A stretch of 42,375 nt of DNA. Source: Parcubacteria group bacterium GW2011_GWA2_49_9. Lineage in GTDB: Bacteria; Patescibacteriota; Minisyncoccia; Phycocordibacterales; UBA10002. The DNA lies in contig LCQF01000009.1 in assembly GCA_001004005.1 (NCBI GenBank), positions 1 to 42,375 of the forward strand. Reading direction: 5' to 3'. The notes beneath the pieces were generated by a model that was not told where the DNA came from, did not search any database, and saw only the letters and a list, made by a program, of their open reading frames with translations. Positions 27,490 to 35,908 of the stretch are shown here, one piece after another; position 1 is the stretch's first letter, and each line of letters opens with the position of its first letter. A program made the position numbers and the translations under genes.

Positions 27490-28623
27490 TTATGATTTTT
27501 GGTAACGAGAGATATTCAACAATATCCCCGCTTCAAACAGTGTAATAACTAGTGACGTACCTCCGTGACTGACAAAGGCAAGCGTCAGGCCCGAAAGCGG
27601 GATAATCGCGAGCATTGACGCGATATTCATAAACGCCGAGGCACCTATGAGTATAACAATACCGATAGAGAGCAGTCCACTAAAAAGGTCGGGTGCGCGA
27701 GAAGCGATACGGAGTCCCCGCAGGAGAAGCGCGAGAAACAGCAAAATCAGTGTGACGGTACCGATAAAACCGAATTCTTCCCCTGCGACGGCAAAAATAG
27801 AATCGCCGATTGGTTCGGGAAGGTAAGAAAATTTCTGCACACTTTGGCCGAATCCTTTCCCTGTGAGGCCGCCCGAACCGATGGCAATCAGTGATTGCTG
27901 AACCTGCCAGCCGGTGCCTTGCGGGTCCGCCGCAGGGTTCAGAAATGTCGTGACACGATTCATAAGGTAGGGCTTTGAGGCGATAAGGAGGCTTATGGCG
28001 ATAACGCCGACAAGCAACATAAGGCCGATGTGCCGGAGCCGTCCTCCCGCCGCGAGGAATATCGCGAACATCGCCATAAAGAGCACCACAAACGTATCGG
28101 TGTCGGGCTGAAGCAGGAGCAAGAAGCCCGCGATGCCAAGAAGTGCGAACAGTGGAAGAAGTCCGTAGGTGAATGTTTGCACTTTGTCTTTGACGGTGGC
28201 GAAGAACGCGGCGGTGTAAATAACGAAGGCGATTTTCAAGAATTCGGCCGGCTGGAACCAAAAACCAAATAGCGATATCCATCGGCGCGCTCCCCCATGC
28301 TCCTGTCCGATTCCCGGAATAAAGACAAGCGCGGTAAGGACAATGGCCGCAAGAAGTATCGCAAGTGTATATCTCCGCAAATGTTTATAATGAAATACGG
28401 AAGCGACGTACGCGACCCCAGCGCCAAGTATCGTCGCGAGGAGGCGAGTCGTGGCGATATTTCCGAAGCTCGCTCCGTCACGCGCGAGGAGGCCGAGTGA
28501 AGCGGATAAAAAGATGAGAAGTCCCGAGACGACAAGACAAACCACGATGGAGAGAAGCCACGTGTCCGGTTTATTTGAAGCGGTAAAATATGTGCGGATG
28601 ATTCTTTGTGCGAATTGCTTCAT
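27490..28623 (-). CDS. ftsW: SEDS-family peptidoglycan polymerase FtsW
   Basis: GARRW, FQPAEFLK, LQPD, AIGSGG, YLPEPIGDSIF...GEEFG, SHGGTS; located between mraY and murG. Confidence 0.9.
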   Translation of the reverse strand: MKQFAQRIIRTYFTASNKPDTWLLSIVVCLVVSGLLIFLSASLGLLARDGASFGNIATTRLLATILGAGVAYVASVFHYKHLRRYTLAILLAAIVLTALVFIPGIGQEHGGARRWISLFGFWFQPAEFLKIAFVIYTAAFFATVKDKVQTFTYGLLPLFALLGIAGFLLLLQPDTDTFVVLFMAMFAIFLAAGGRLRHIGLMLLVGVIAISLLIASKPYLMNRVTTFLNPAADPQGTGWQVQQSLIAIGSGGLTGKGFGQSVQKFSYLPEPIGDSIFAVAGEEFGFIGTVTLILLFLALLLRGLRIASRAPDLFSGLLSIGIVILIGASAFMNIASMLAIIPLSGLTLAFVSHGGTSLVITLFEAGILLNISRYQKS

Positions 28624-28678
28624 AGTGGATACGCTTGGCGAATAGCGCATGCGAATAAGAACATCATGCGCGGGTACC

Positions 28679-29737
28679 TTAGCTGACCAGCGTTACGATA
28701 AGGCCGAGGAGTGCGAAAATAACCGAAAGTACCCAGTAGCGCATCGTTACCTTGTAGGACGGCCAGCCGATGGCCTCAAAGTGGTGGTGGAGTGGTGAAA
28801 TAATGAAGAGCTTCTTCCCGAAGAACCGTTTCCACAGTTTTTGTAAAATTACCGAGGCGCTGGTCGCAAAGAGTGGAAAAGCAATAATGGGGAGGACGAA
28901 TAACCCTTCTCCCTCGCCAAGAGAGTCGGTCATAAACGCGACAATCGCGAGTGTAAGTGTGAGTGCCATACTCCCCGTCTCCGACATATAAAAACGGGCG
29001 GGTGGGATATTAAACCACAGAAAAGCGAGGATGCCGCCAAGAAGCGCCGCGCAGAACGCGGCGAGGTTTATTTGGCTTTGGAAGAAAGCGATAACGCCAT
29101 ACGCGCCGAAAATGACGGCGAAAATACCTCCTGCGAGCCCATCAATCCCGTCAATAATTCCGCCCGAGTAGACCGCGAGCATTACGAGCGCGAATAGAGG
29201 AATGATAAGCCATCCGAGGGCGAGTGGTCCGAAGTACGGGATGCCGATACTCGTCACATCAAGCTTATAGTGGAACCACAGACCTGCCAGTAAGCCAACC
29301 ACGCCGACGATAAGCAGACGCTTCCCGAGTGAAAGCCCTCCAGCCTTGTAGTCGCCTGTTCCACGCACCTCAAAAAGGTCATCAATAAGGCCGATGCACG
29401 CGCCGATAAAAAGCGCCGCGAACGGAATCCACGTCTGGTTTCTGTTCAGGAAATCCAATTTTTCTATAAGCGGGAAATTGGAAAGACTGGCCAGTACGTA
29501 AATACCCACAATCGCGATAGTGGCGGAAATCCAGATAATCACCCCGCCCATTCGTGGCGTACCCGTCTCGCGGGTTTCGTGTAGCTTGTTGAACAGAGGT
29601 GTTCCCTCTCCCTTCCCCACTTTTTTCTTCCACATCTTGTGTGTGTAGAGGTAGTGGCTGATGACCGGCGTAATACCGATACCGAGCGCGAAGGCCAGCA
29701 GCGCGGGAAGAAAAACTTTGATTAAATCTAGGAGCAT
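28679..29737 (-). CDS. mraY: Phospho-N-acetylmuramoyl-pentapeptide transferase
   Basis: GTPRMGG, IGLIDD, DGIDGL, FNIPPARFYM, PLHHHFE. Confidence 0.95.
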   Translation of the reverse strand: MLLDLIKVFLPALLAFALGIGITPVISHYLYTHKMWKKKVGKGEGTPLFNKLHETRETGTPRMGGVIIWISATIAIVGIYVLASLSNFPLIEKLDFLNRNQTWIPFAALFIGACIGLIDDLFEVRGTGDYKAGGLSLGKRLLIVGVVGLLAGLWFHYKLDVTSIGIPYFGPLALGWLIIPLFALVMLAVYSGGIIDGIDGLAGGIFAVIFGAYGVIAFFQSQINLAAFCAALLGGILAFLWFNIPPARFYMSETGSMALTLTLAIVAFMTDSLGEGEGLFVLPIIAFPLFATSASVILQKLWKRFFGKKLFIISPLHHHFEAIGWPSYKVTMRYWVLSVIFALLGLIVTLVS

Positions 29738-29746
29738 AAAGAAGTA

Positions 29747-29836
29747 TCAATTTACAATTATCAATTTTCAATCAAGGTAGCAATGTTTAAATTCTTAAAT
29801 CGGATTTTGAAAATTGGAAATTGGAAATTGAAAATT
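29747..29836. repeat. 7-bp-unit (CAATTT/AAATTG) inverted tandem repeat
   Basis: tcaatttacaattatcaattttcaa...ttgaaaattggaaattggaaattgaaaatt. Confidence 0.7.
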
Positions 29837-29850
29837 CTCGCGTATCACAA

Positions 29851-30810
29851 CTAATTATTCTGGAGATACGCGAGGGCTGCCCACACCAGCGCTTCCGCGT
29901 CGGTGAACCGACCGTCAATAGTGGAACCGAGAACGGAAACGATAATCGGATGATTGAAACCTGCGTCAAACGCGATAACAAGATTTCCGCCGGCAAGGTC
30001 AGTGTATCCCGTCTTAGAGGCGATAAGCAAGGGGAACGTATCGGTTTCCTTGTTGGTGTTTTTCGCTTCATGGTCCTCTCTATCTCCGGCAAGTAAGAGC
30101 TCGCTCCATCGTGTCTCCGAAAAAATTGAAGGAAATTTCTCAAGGCCGTACGCGAGCATATGCGACGTTTCCTTGGCGGTGCTGTACGCGCCGGCGCGCT
30201 CCGTATCAAGGTCTAGTCCGCTCTCATTCAAGAAACGTGTTGAGGAAAGTCCGATAAGCTCCGACAATTTGTTCATCTCTCCGACAAACAATGCGCGACT
30301 TTCCTCATTGCTTTGCGTGCTCGTGGCCAGAATGCCACCAACTGAAGATGAAACAGCTACCGCTCCATCGTTGGACGATTCAATCAACGTGAACTTCAAC
30401 AGGTTGCGTAGTAGCCAGCGTTCGCCCACCGTAAGCCCGCTGTTCCCTTCCGCTCGTATGGCCTCGGCGTCAATCGTGATGTAGGTAGTTTCGGGGAGAA
30501 AGGAAAGGGCGGTTGCCGCGGTCATAATTTTGGTAACCGAAGCGAGAGGTAACACCTCATCTTCGTTTTTCGCAAACAGAGGTTTTCCAGCTTTTACGTC
30601 ATACACATACGCGGCTTTGGCCGAAAGCGAAACAGAGTCAAACGGATTTTCTTTCGGCGCGGTAACTCCTCCAACCGCGGCAACCGCAGTGGAGGGGACT
30701 GTCGGGTTCGGCGCACTAATCAAAAAGAAAAATGAGCAAAGAGTAGCCGCCCAGAAGAAATACTCCGGGCGAATGATGTGGCTATGTTGCTCGTACCATT
30801 TTTGAATCAT
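29851..30810 (-). CDS. D-alanyl-D-alanine carboxypeptidase (peptidase S11)
   Basis: SxxK (ASVTK), SxN (SSND), KTG motifs. Confidence 0.93.
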   Translation of the reverse strand: MIQKWYEQHSHIIRPEYFFWAATLCSFFFLISAPNPTVPSTAVAAVGGVTAPKENPFDSVSLSAKAAYVYDVKAGKPLFAKNEDEVLPLASVTKIMTAATALSFLPETTYITIDAEAIRAEGNSGLTVGERWLLRNLLKFTLIESSNDGAVAVSSSVGGILATSTQSNEESRALFVGEMNKLSELIGLSSTRFLNESGLDLDTERAGAYSTAKETSHMLAYGLEKFPSIFSETRWSELLLAGDREDHEAKNTNKETDTFPLLIASKTGYTDLAGGNLVIAFDAGFNHPIIVSVLGSTIDGRFTDAEALVWAALAYLQNN

Positions 30811-30842
30811 AGAGAGATGACTGCTCCCAATCTAACCTACTA

Positions 30843-30895
30843 AATTTCTAATTACCTAATTCACCTAATTTCTAATAAAATTTCCAATTTCTAAA
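30843..30895. repeat. CTAATT-unit element, copy 3 (mainly the left arm)
   Basis: aatttctaattacctaattcacctaatttctaataaaatttccaat. Confidence 0.75.
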
Positions 30896-30959
30896 TTCAG
30901 CATGTAACCTTTTATGAGGTGTTACTTGTCCTAGCGCAGCTTAGGGATTAGAAATTAGA

Positions 30960-31532
30960 CTAATTTTCATCCTCATCATCAAGTGGTGTCTCGGCCGCCA
31001 CAGCAGTAGTTTGTGCCACGGAAAGTTCCGTGCGGATTTCCTTAAACTCGGGAAGCTCTTCAAACGAACTAATTCCAAGGAGGGAGAGGAGGTCAATTGT
31101 AGGGCGGTAGAGGAACACTCGTTCATCGTCCTCGCTCTGACGTCGCTCTATAAGGCCTCGGATAAGCAGACTTCGGAGTATCGCGGTTGAATTGACACCA
31201 CGGATATATTCAATATCTCGCCGTGATACCCTCTCTTTATACAGTACGATGGACAGGGTCTCAAGTGCCGCTTTACCGAGGTCTCTTGCGAGTTCTTCTT
31301 TGCGCAGACGTTCAATAAGTTCGTGTGTATCGGGGGCGGTCGCGAACGCGTATTCGTCCTCGGTTTGGATAAGCGAAAGTCCACGTCCCTGCAATTTCTC
31401 CTTGAGACTTTGCAGGCCTTTCTTCACATCCACTGAAGGAAGTTTGAGTGCGCGGCAAAGCTCGGGGAGCGTCATCGGTTCTCCGCGCCAAAAGAGAACA
31501 GCCTCTAGTATCTTTTCCAGTTCAGTGTTCAT
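30960..31532 (-). CDS. scpB: Segregation and condensation protein B
   Basis: LEAVLF, AALETLSIVLY, IEYIRGVNS, LLIRGLI. Confidence 0.95.
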   Translation of the reverse strand: MNTELEKILEAVLFWRGEPMTLPELCRALKLPSVDVKKGLQSLKEKLQGRGLSLIQTEDEYAFATAPDTHELIERLRKEELARDLGKAALETLSIVLYKERVSRRDIEYIRGVNSTAILRSLLIRGLIERRQSEDDERVFLYRPTIDLLSLLGISSFEELPEFKEIRTELSVAQTTAVAAETPLDDEDEN

Positions 31533-31571
31533 TTAGGTTGTACTTATAAATAAGTGTCTTCTTGCGCGGCA

Positions 31572-31625
31572 ACTGTTAACTTTTGACTTTTAACCGTTAA
31601 CGGTCAATGGTTAAGAGTTAACAGT
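31572..31625. repeat. 7-bp-unit inverted repeat
   Basis: actgttaacttttgac...ggttaagagttaacagt. Confidence 0.65.
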
Positions 31626-32347
31626 CAGTAGCGTGGTACGTCCACGCTTCCTGTCTCCATCATAATATCTCCGTGCGGAGTTTCCTGTGTCGCGTGGAGG
31701 AGTCCATCTTTCACGAGTTCAAGCATCGCGAGGAAACCGACAATCACGTTAACACGCTCGCCTTTTTGCATAGCCGCAAATTCTTTGAAGCTCATCCGGA
31801 GGGCGGAGGTAATGCGCTCCTTCAAATTCTCAATCATCTTTTCAAGGCTTATCACTTTCTTCACCGCTACCTTTGAAAGTTCTTCAACTTTCGGTATGGA
31901 GGCAAGCACGGAGCGAATCCCCAGAAGAAGCGATGCCACGGAAACGTCTTTCGGCGGGGCGAATATCGGCACCACTTTTCGTTCCAGTGGAAGGTACATC
32001 GCGGACTGTCCGAATCGTGTCCGCACGTGGCGAGACAACTCGCGGAAACGCTGCAGGAGCTTCAGCCGATTCTGGAGGTCCTCCATGCTCTCCTCTTCTT
32101 CACGAGAGAGTGAAAGTTGCGGCAGAAGCGCTTTTGACTTGATAAGCAGAAGCGTGGAAGCGATGTACGCAAACTGCGCGCTTTCGGCAATCGGGAAGTC
32201 AATAAAATCCTTTGAATAGTTCAGGAAGTCATCCGTCACTTTTGAGAGCGCGATATCGCCGATATGAAGCTGGCGGCGCTCAACCAGTGTCAAGAGGAGG
32301 TCCAGTGGGCCTTCAAATTTCTCTTGTTTTACCTCAAAGGGAGTCAT
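31625..32347 (-). CDS. scpA: Segregation and condensation protein A
   Basis: FEGPLDLLL, LLLIKSKALLP, GFLAMLELVK. Confidence 0.96.
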   Translation of the reverse strand: MTPFEVKQEKFEGPLDLLLTLVERRQLHIGDIALSKVTDDFLNYSKDFIDFPIAESAQFAYIASTLLLIKSKALLPQLSLSREEEESMEDLQNRLKLLQRFRELSRHVRTRFGQSAMYLPLERKVVPIFAPPKDVSVASLLLGIRSVLASIPKVEELSKVAVKKVISLEKMIENLKERITSALRMSFKEFAAMQKGERVNVIVGFLAMLELVKDGLLHATQETPHGDIMMETGSVDVPRY

Positions 32348-32411
32348 CGCAAAACTATACCACTTTTACGGCTGTGTAGAAAGGTATTCTTGTGAAAACG
32401 GGTACTAAACC

Positions 32412-33815
32412 CTACTTTTCCTTCGCAATTTTTATCCCCAGCTCCAGAAGCTGTTCGGGGGCAACCTCGGACGGCGCGTCCATCATAAGGTCACGCCCGT
32501 CGCCCGTCTTGGCGAAAGCGATAACTTCACGAATGTTCGGCTCGTTCTCCAGAAGCGTGACGAAGCGGTCTAGCCCCCACGCGATACCGCCGTGCGGAGG
32601 CGTGCCATGCGCGAACGCGGTGAGCATATGACCGAAGTTTCGCTCTATATCCTCCGCTTTGTGTCCCATAATCTCAAACACTTTCCGAAGTGCTTCGGGC
32701 TGGTGGTTACGGATACTGCCGCCACCGATTTCATTGCCGTTTAGCACGACGTCATACTGCGTCGTCAAAATCCCGCTAATATCTTCTTTTTTCAGCAGAC
32801 GCTCCATATGCTCATTTTGCGGGCGAGAAAAAGGGTTATGCGTGAAGGTCCAGCCTCCTTTGTCATCCTTTTCAAAAAACGGGAAATCAATCACCCATTC
32901 AAAGGCGAGCAGGTCGGGGTCGTTCTTGTCGGTCCGAATATCAGGCTTGTCGCTTCCGTATTTTTCCATCGCTTCTTTGTACGTGAGGCGCGGGAACGGA
33001 AGCGTTTGGATTCTTTTATTCGGGTACAGCGTCTTCACGATATCTATGAGTAGTCGTTCATTGAGCGCCATAACTTCCTCACGCTCCACGAAGCTCATTT
33101 CAAGGTCAAGCTGGGTGAATTCCGGCTGACGGTCTCCTCTGGTGTCTTCGTCGCGGAAACAGCGGGCAATTTGGAAATACTTTTCCATTCCGGCGGCCAT
33201 CAAGAGCTGTTTGTACTGTTGAGGTGATTGCGGAAGCGCGTAAAACTTTCCTTGGCTGATGCGGGACGGTACGATGAAGTCGCGCGAACCCTCCGGCGTA
33301 GATTTGGTAAGATTCGGGGTTTCGATTTCCACGAAACCCTCTTTGTCCAGAAAGTCGCGGATATATTTGATAATTTTATGGCGGTTGCGAATATTCTTCT
33401 GCAAACGTGGTCGGCGAAGGTCCAAATAGCGGTATTTCAGCCGAGCCTCCTCCCCTATTTCCTTTCCATCGCTACGCACGTCAATCGGCGGGGTGAGTGC
33501 CTCGTTCAGTACTTCAATTGAGAGGATTTCAAGTTCAACCTCCCCGTTCGGTTCGTTTTTGTTTACCAATTTTTCCGGGCGCTGATTTACCTTGCCGGAT
33601 ACCGAAATGACCCACTCGGGACGGACCGTACCCGCCAGCTTATGTGCCTCGGCGTGGCTGGGGAGTGCAATCATTTGGACTTTGCCCGACGCGTCGCGTA
33701 GGTCAATGAAAATGAGCTTGCCGTGGTCGCGCCGAATATCCACCCAGCCTTTGATGGTGACTTCCTGTCCGACCATTTCCTTAAGTTTTGCGATAAATGT
33801 TCGTGTAGGGCTCAT
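32412..33815 (-). CDS. aspS: Aspartate--tRNA ligase, short form without GAD domain, probably non-discriminating
   Basis: RRDHG in OB fold, RYLDLRR, LPQSPQ, CFRDED.RGDRQPEFTQ, PPHGGIAWGLDR; 467 aa. Confidence 0.96.
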   Translation of the reverse strand: MSPTRTFIAKLKEMVGQEVTIKGWVDIRRDHGKLIFIDLRDASGKVQMIALPSHAEAHKLAGTVRPEWVISVSGKVNQRPEKLVNKNEPNGEVELEILSIEVLNEALTPPIDVRSDGKEIGEEARLKYRYLDLRRPRLQKNIRNRHKIIKYIRDFLDKEGFVEIETPNLTKSTPEGSRDFIVPSRISQGKFYALPQSPQQYKQLLMAAGMEKYFQIARCFRDEDTRGDRQPEFTQLDLEMSFVEREEVMALNERLLIDIVKTLYPNKRIQTLPFPRLTYKEAMEKYGSDKPDIRTDKNDPDLLAFEWVIDFPFFEKDDKGGWTFTHNPFSRPQNEHMERLLKKEDISGILTTQYDVVLNGNEIGGGSIRNHQPEALRKVFEIMGHKAEDIERNFGHMLTAFAHGTPPHGGIAWGLDRFVTLLENEPNIREVIAFAKTGDGRDLMMDAPSEVAPEQLLELGIKIAKEK

Positions 33816-33861
33816 AATAGAAAATTAAAATAATAAACTGTGAATTACTAAACTCTTGTCT

Positions 33862-33934
33862 TGTCATTCCTGCGGAGGCAGGAATCCAGAATAGAGAGCC
33901 AGAAATCTGGATTCCAACTTTCGTTGGAATGACA
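33862..33934. repeat. REP/dRS3-like double-hairpin element
   Basis: tgtcattcctgcggaggcaggaatccag...ctggattccaactttcgttggaatgaca. Confidence 0.85.
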
Positions 33935-33971
33935 GAAACCGGTGTTATGCGGAGTTTCGTAATTCAAGGTA

Positions 33972-34297
33972 ATAAAAATAAAATCGCCCTTACAAAATCA
34001 CCCCGAAGGATGGTTTTGTAAGGACGTTCTTTCCGCGTCAATCTGCGTGTTATCCGCATCTATCCGCGTCTAGTCGTGGTGCCACCTTACTGCGCCCTGC
34101 GTAGCCTTGGCGAAGCAGGGCTTTGCCTGTCGTCAAACTCACAAGACCTTAATTCAAGCTGTAACGGGCTTTCCCGAAGGGGTCTACTGTGGGCGAACAG
34201 TTGTCTGCAACTGTTGTAGCCCTGTTCTTCCCTTAGCCTGCCCCGACAAGTCTTCTTCGTCGGGACCAAGCCGTGTCATCGGCTTCATTGCTTTCTC
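33972..34297 (-). promoter_or_regulatory. T-box riboswitch (Asp), transcription-attenuation type
   Basis: Antiterminator gtaagg-TGGCACC-acg...cgtccttac; terminator 33985-34026 plus U tract; Stem II GAA/AGUA; Stem IIA/B cgggaaagcccg-ttac-agctt; GAC in the first hairpin loop. Confidence 0.92.
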
Positions 34298-34337
34298 ATA
34301 CTGTACCACAGGCAGGAAAAAAGAAAAGCCGGTTATG

Positions 34338-34634
34338 TCAACGACCTACACCAAGTACCAGATGAGCAAAGGGTAGGAAATAACTCTTTAACGTTTCTTG
34401 ATTAATTGAAAGTAGAGGGTTAGGACTTACAAGGTCGTCCAAGACGGTTCGCAAAACGACCGACTCTTGCCTTCCACCTTCATTAGTCGTGATTGTAAGC
34501 TCTTCCACGATACCACACGCTCTCTCGTACGCTCCACGCATCCTTTCGACGTTGTGTTCTGATCTGGCATGCAAAAGCCGAGTTACCTCGCTCCCGAGGT
34601 TTGCAACAAGAAAAATATCTCGGCTTTCATTCAT
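34338..34634 (-). CDS. Small helical hypothetical protein
   Basis: 98 aa (ANLGSEVTR...YFLPFA); ATGA overlap with the upstream DUF5674-like gene. Confidence 0.75.
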   Translation of the reverse strand: MNESRDIFLVANLGSEVTRLLHARSEHNVERMRGAYERACGIVEELTITTNEGGRQESVVLRTVLDDLVSPNPLLSINQETLKSYFLPFAHLVLGVGR

Positions 34635-34975
34635 GGTATAAGTCGGTCAATAATAACGCGCATCTTTTCACGTATCATTGCATCTTCAATATACATATCG
34701 CGATTGCCGAGTGCCGGGCGAATATTGATGAGCGCCACATACTCAACGCGCTCTTCTCCGTTCGTTTCGGGATACAGGTTGAAGCCCCATACCATATTCT
34801 GTTTTGAACCGTTTTCCGTAAGCTTTGTGTTCGCGTCCATATGCCACTTGCCTCCAAGTGCGATAACTCCTCGCTCTATATCGGCAACCCCTTTAACCAT
34901 AGTGCCGTATACTTCCATCGCAATCTCCTTTGCCTCGGCTCTCGTGATTGGCTCAGTGATAATCTCTATCCGCAT
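34631..34975 (-). CDS. DUF5674-like protein
   Basis: MVKGVADIE..IALGG.WH.D...GS.Q..VWGFNLYP...INIRP..GNR; family recognised from memory. Confidence 0.75.
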   Translation of the reverse strand: MRIEIITEPITRAEAKEIAMEVYGTMVKGVADIERGVIALGGKWHMDANTKLTENGSKQNMVWGFNLYPETNGEERVEYVALINIRPALGNRDMYIEDAMIREKMRVIIDRLIP

Positions 34976-35202
34976 ACACAAGATGTTACCAAAAATCCGG
35001 CTCTGTGGATAGGCGATATTTTGTAACCCCTCACACTCGTCTGTGTCTCCCCTAGCAAGGGGAACACTCCGACGTGACGTCGTAGGAGGGGTGTTCTACA
35101 CAACCCCCGGCGCATAAGAATGCGTCCACCCCCTTTGATAAGGGGGATGTTAAGAGAGCGTGAGGAGTTACGATATTTTTCGGTATACACTGGTTTACCA
35201 TT

Positions 35203-35592
35203 TTATTTAATTTTGCCCCACGCATCCTCGCTAGATTTTATAAGGCTGTCTAATTTCTCGTCCTCTTGTTTAAGCATAATATTCTTTAATTTGGGAGTAT
35301 TTTTCCAGACAACATTAGGAAACTCTTCAACCTCTTTTCGTGAAAATATAAAGTAACGAACAGTGTCTAAATCCTTGTCAAACGCAACACAGACACAGTA
35401 GTCAAATTTTTTCGGGTCAAGCCTATTCCATCCCGGGCCGGTTTTTTGAGCCATTCCGTTGTTGATATTACACCCTCGGACATTTATTCGCTTTCCCCTA
35501 ACTATAAAATCGCGGCCGTTTTGTATAACAGTAAAACCCAACCTTTTCATCTTATCCGATGCGACATTTCGCGCGAAGGTGTTGGTGCTCAT
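35203..35592 (-). CDS. Hypothetical protein, possibly a degenerate restriction-endonuclease-like fold
   Basis: AT-rich ORF: LGFTV....DFIV..KRINVR...FDYCVCV...YFIF. Confidence 0.6.
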   Translation of the reverse strand: MSTNTFARNVASDKMKRLGFTVIQNGRDFIVRGKRINVRGCNINNGMAQKTGPGWNRLDPKKFDYCVCVAFDKDLDTVRYFIFSRKEVEEFPNVVWKNTPKLKNIMLKQEDEKLDSLIKSSEDAWGKIK

Positions 35593-35674
35593 TTTTGAAT
35601 TTGAACTATACACGATGGACTATTGCAGCACCCTTAGATTTCTTTTCTTTTATTTTTCCTTGTCGACAGATTTT

Positions 35675-35884
35675 TTAAATCATTTTCCGCTTAAAAATCA
35701 AAACAAAACTTGTGGTACTGCTTCCCCAACTTGAAGCACTGGTACCCGCAAGCGGAGTTATTGCGACAAGCTCCCATCCTTGATTGCCCAACTCATTTAA
35801 TGACGGCTCCGCACTAGAATCAATCTTTCTATTAAGCCAGCCCCTAACATTCGGTTCTATAATTTTGTATTCCCATTTTTCCAT
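35675..35884 (-). CDS. DUF4177-like small protein
   Basis: KWEYK...LNELGNQGWELV...LIFKR. Confidence 0.85.
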   Translation of the reverse strand: MEKWEYKIIEPNVRGWLNRKIDSSAEPSLNELGNQGWELVAITPLAGTSASSWGSSTTSFVLIFKRKMI

Positions 35885-35908
35885 AGTTTTTAGGGTTAAT
35901 CTAGGAAA

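Noticed and set aside
35002-35011. DnaA-box-like words (tgtggatag here; similar near 2374 and 40903)
   Set aside because: Isolated and mismatched; no box cluster or unwinding element indicating oriC.
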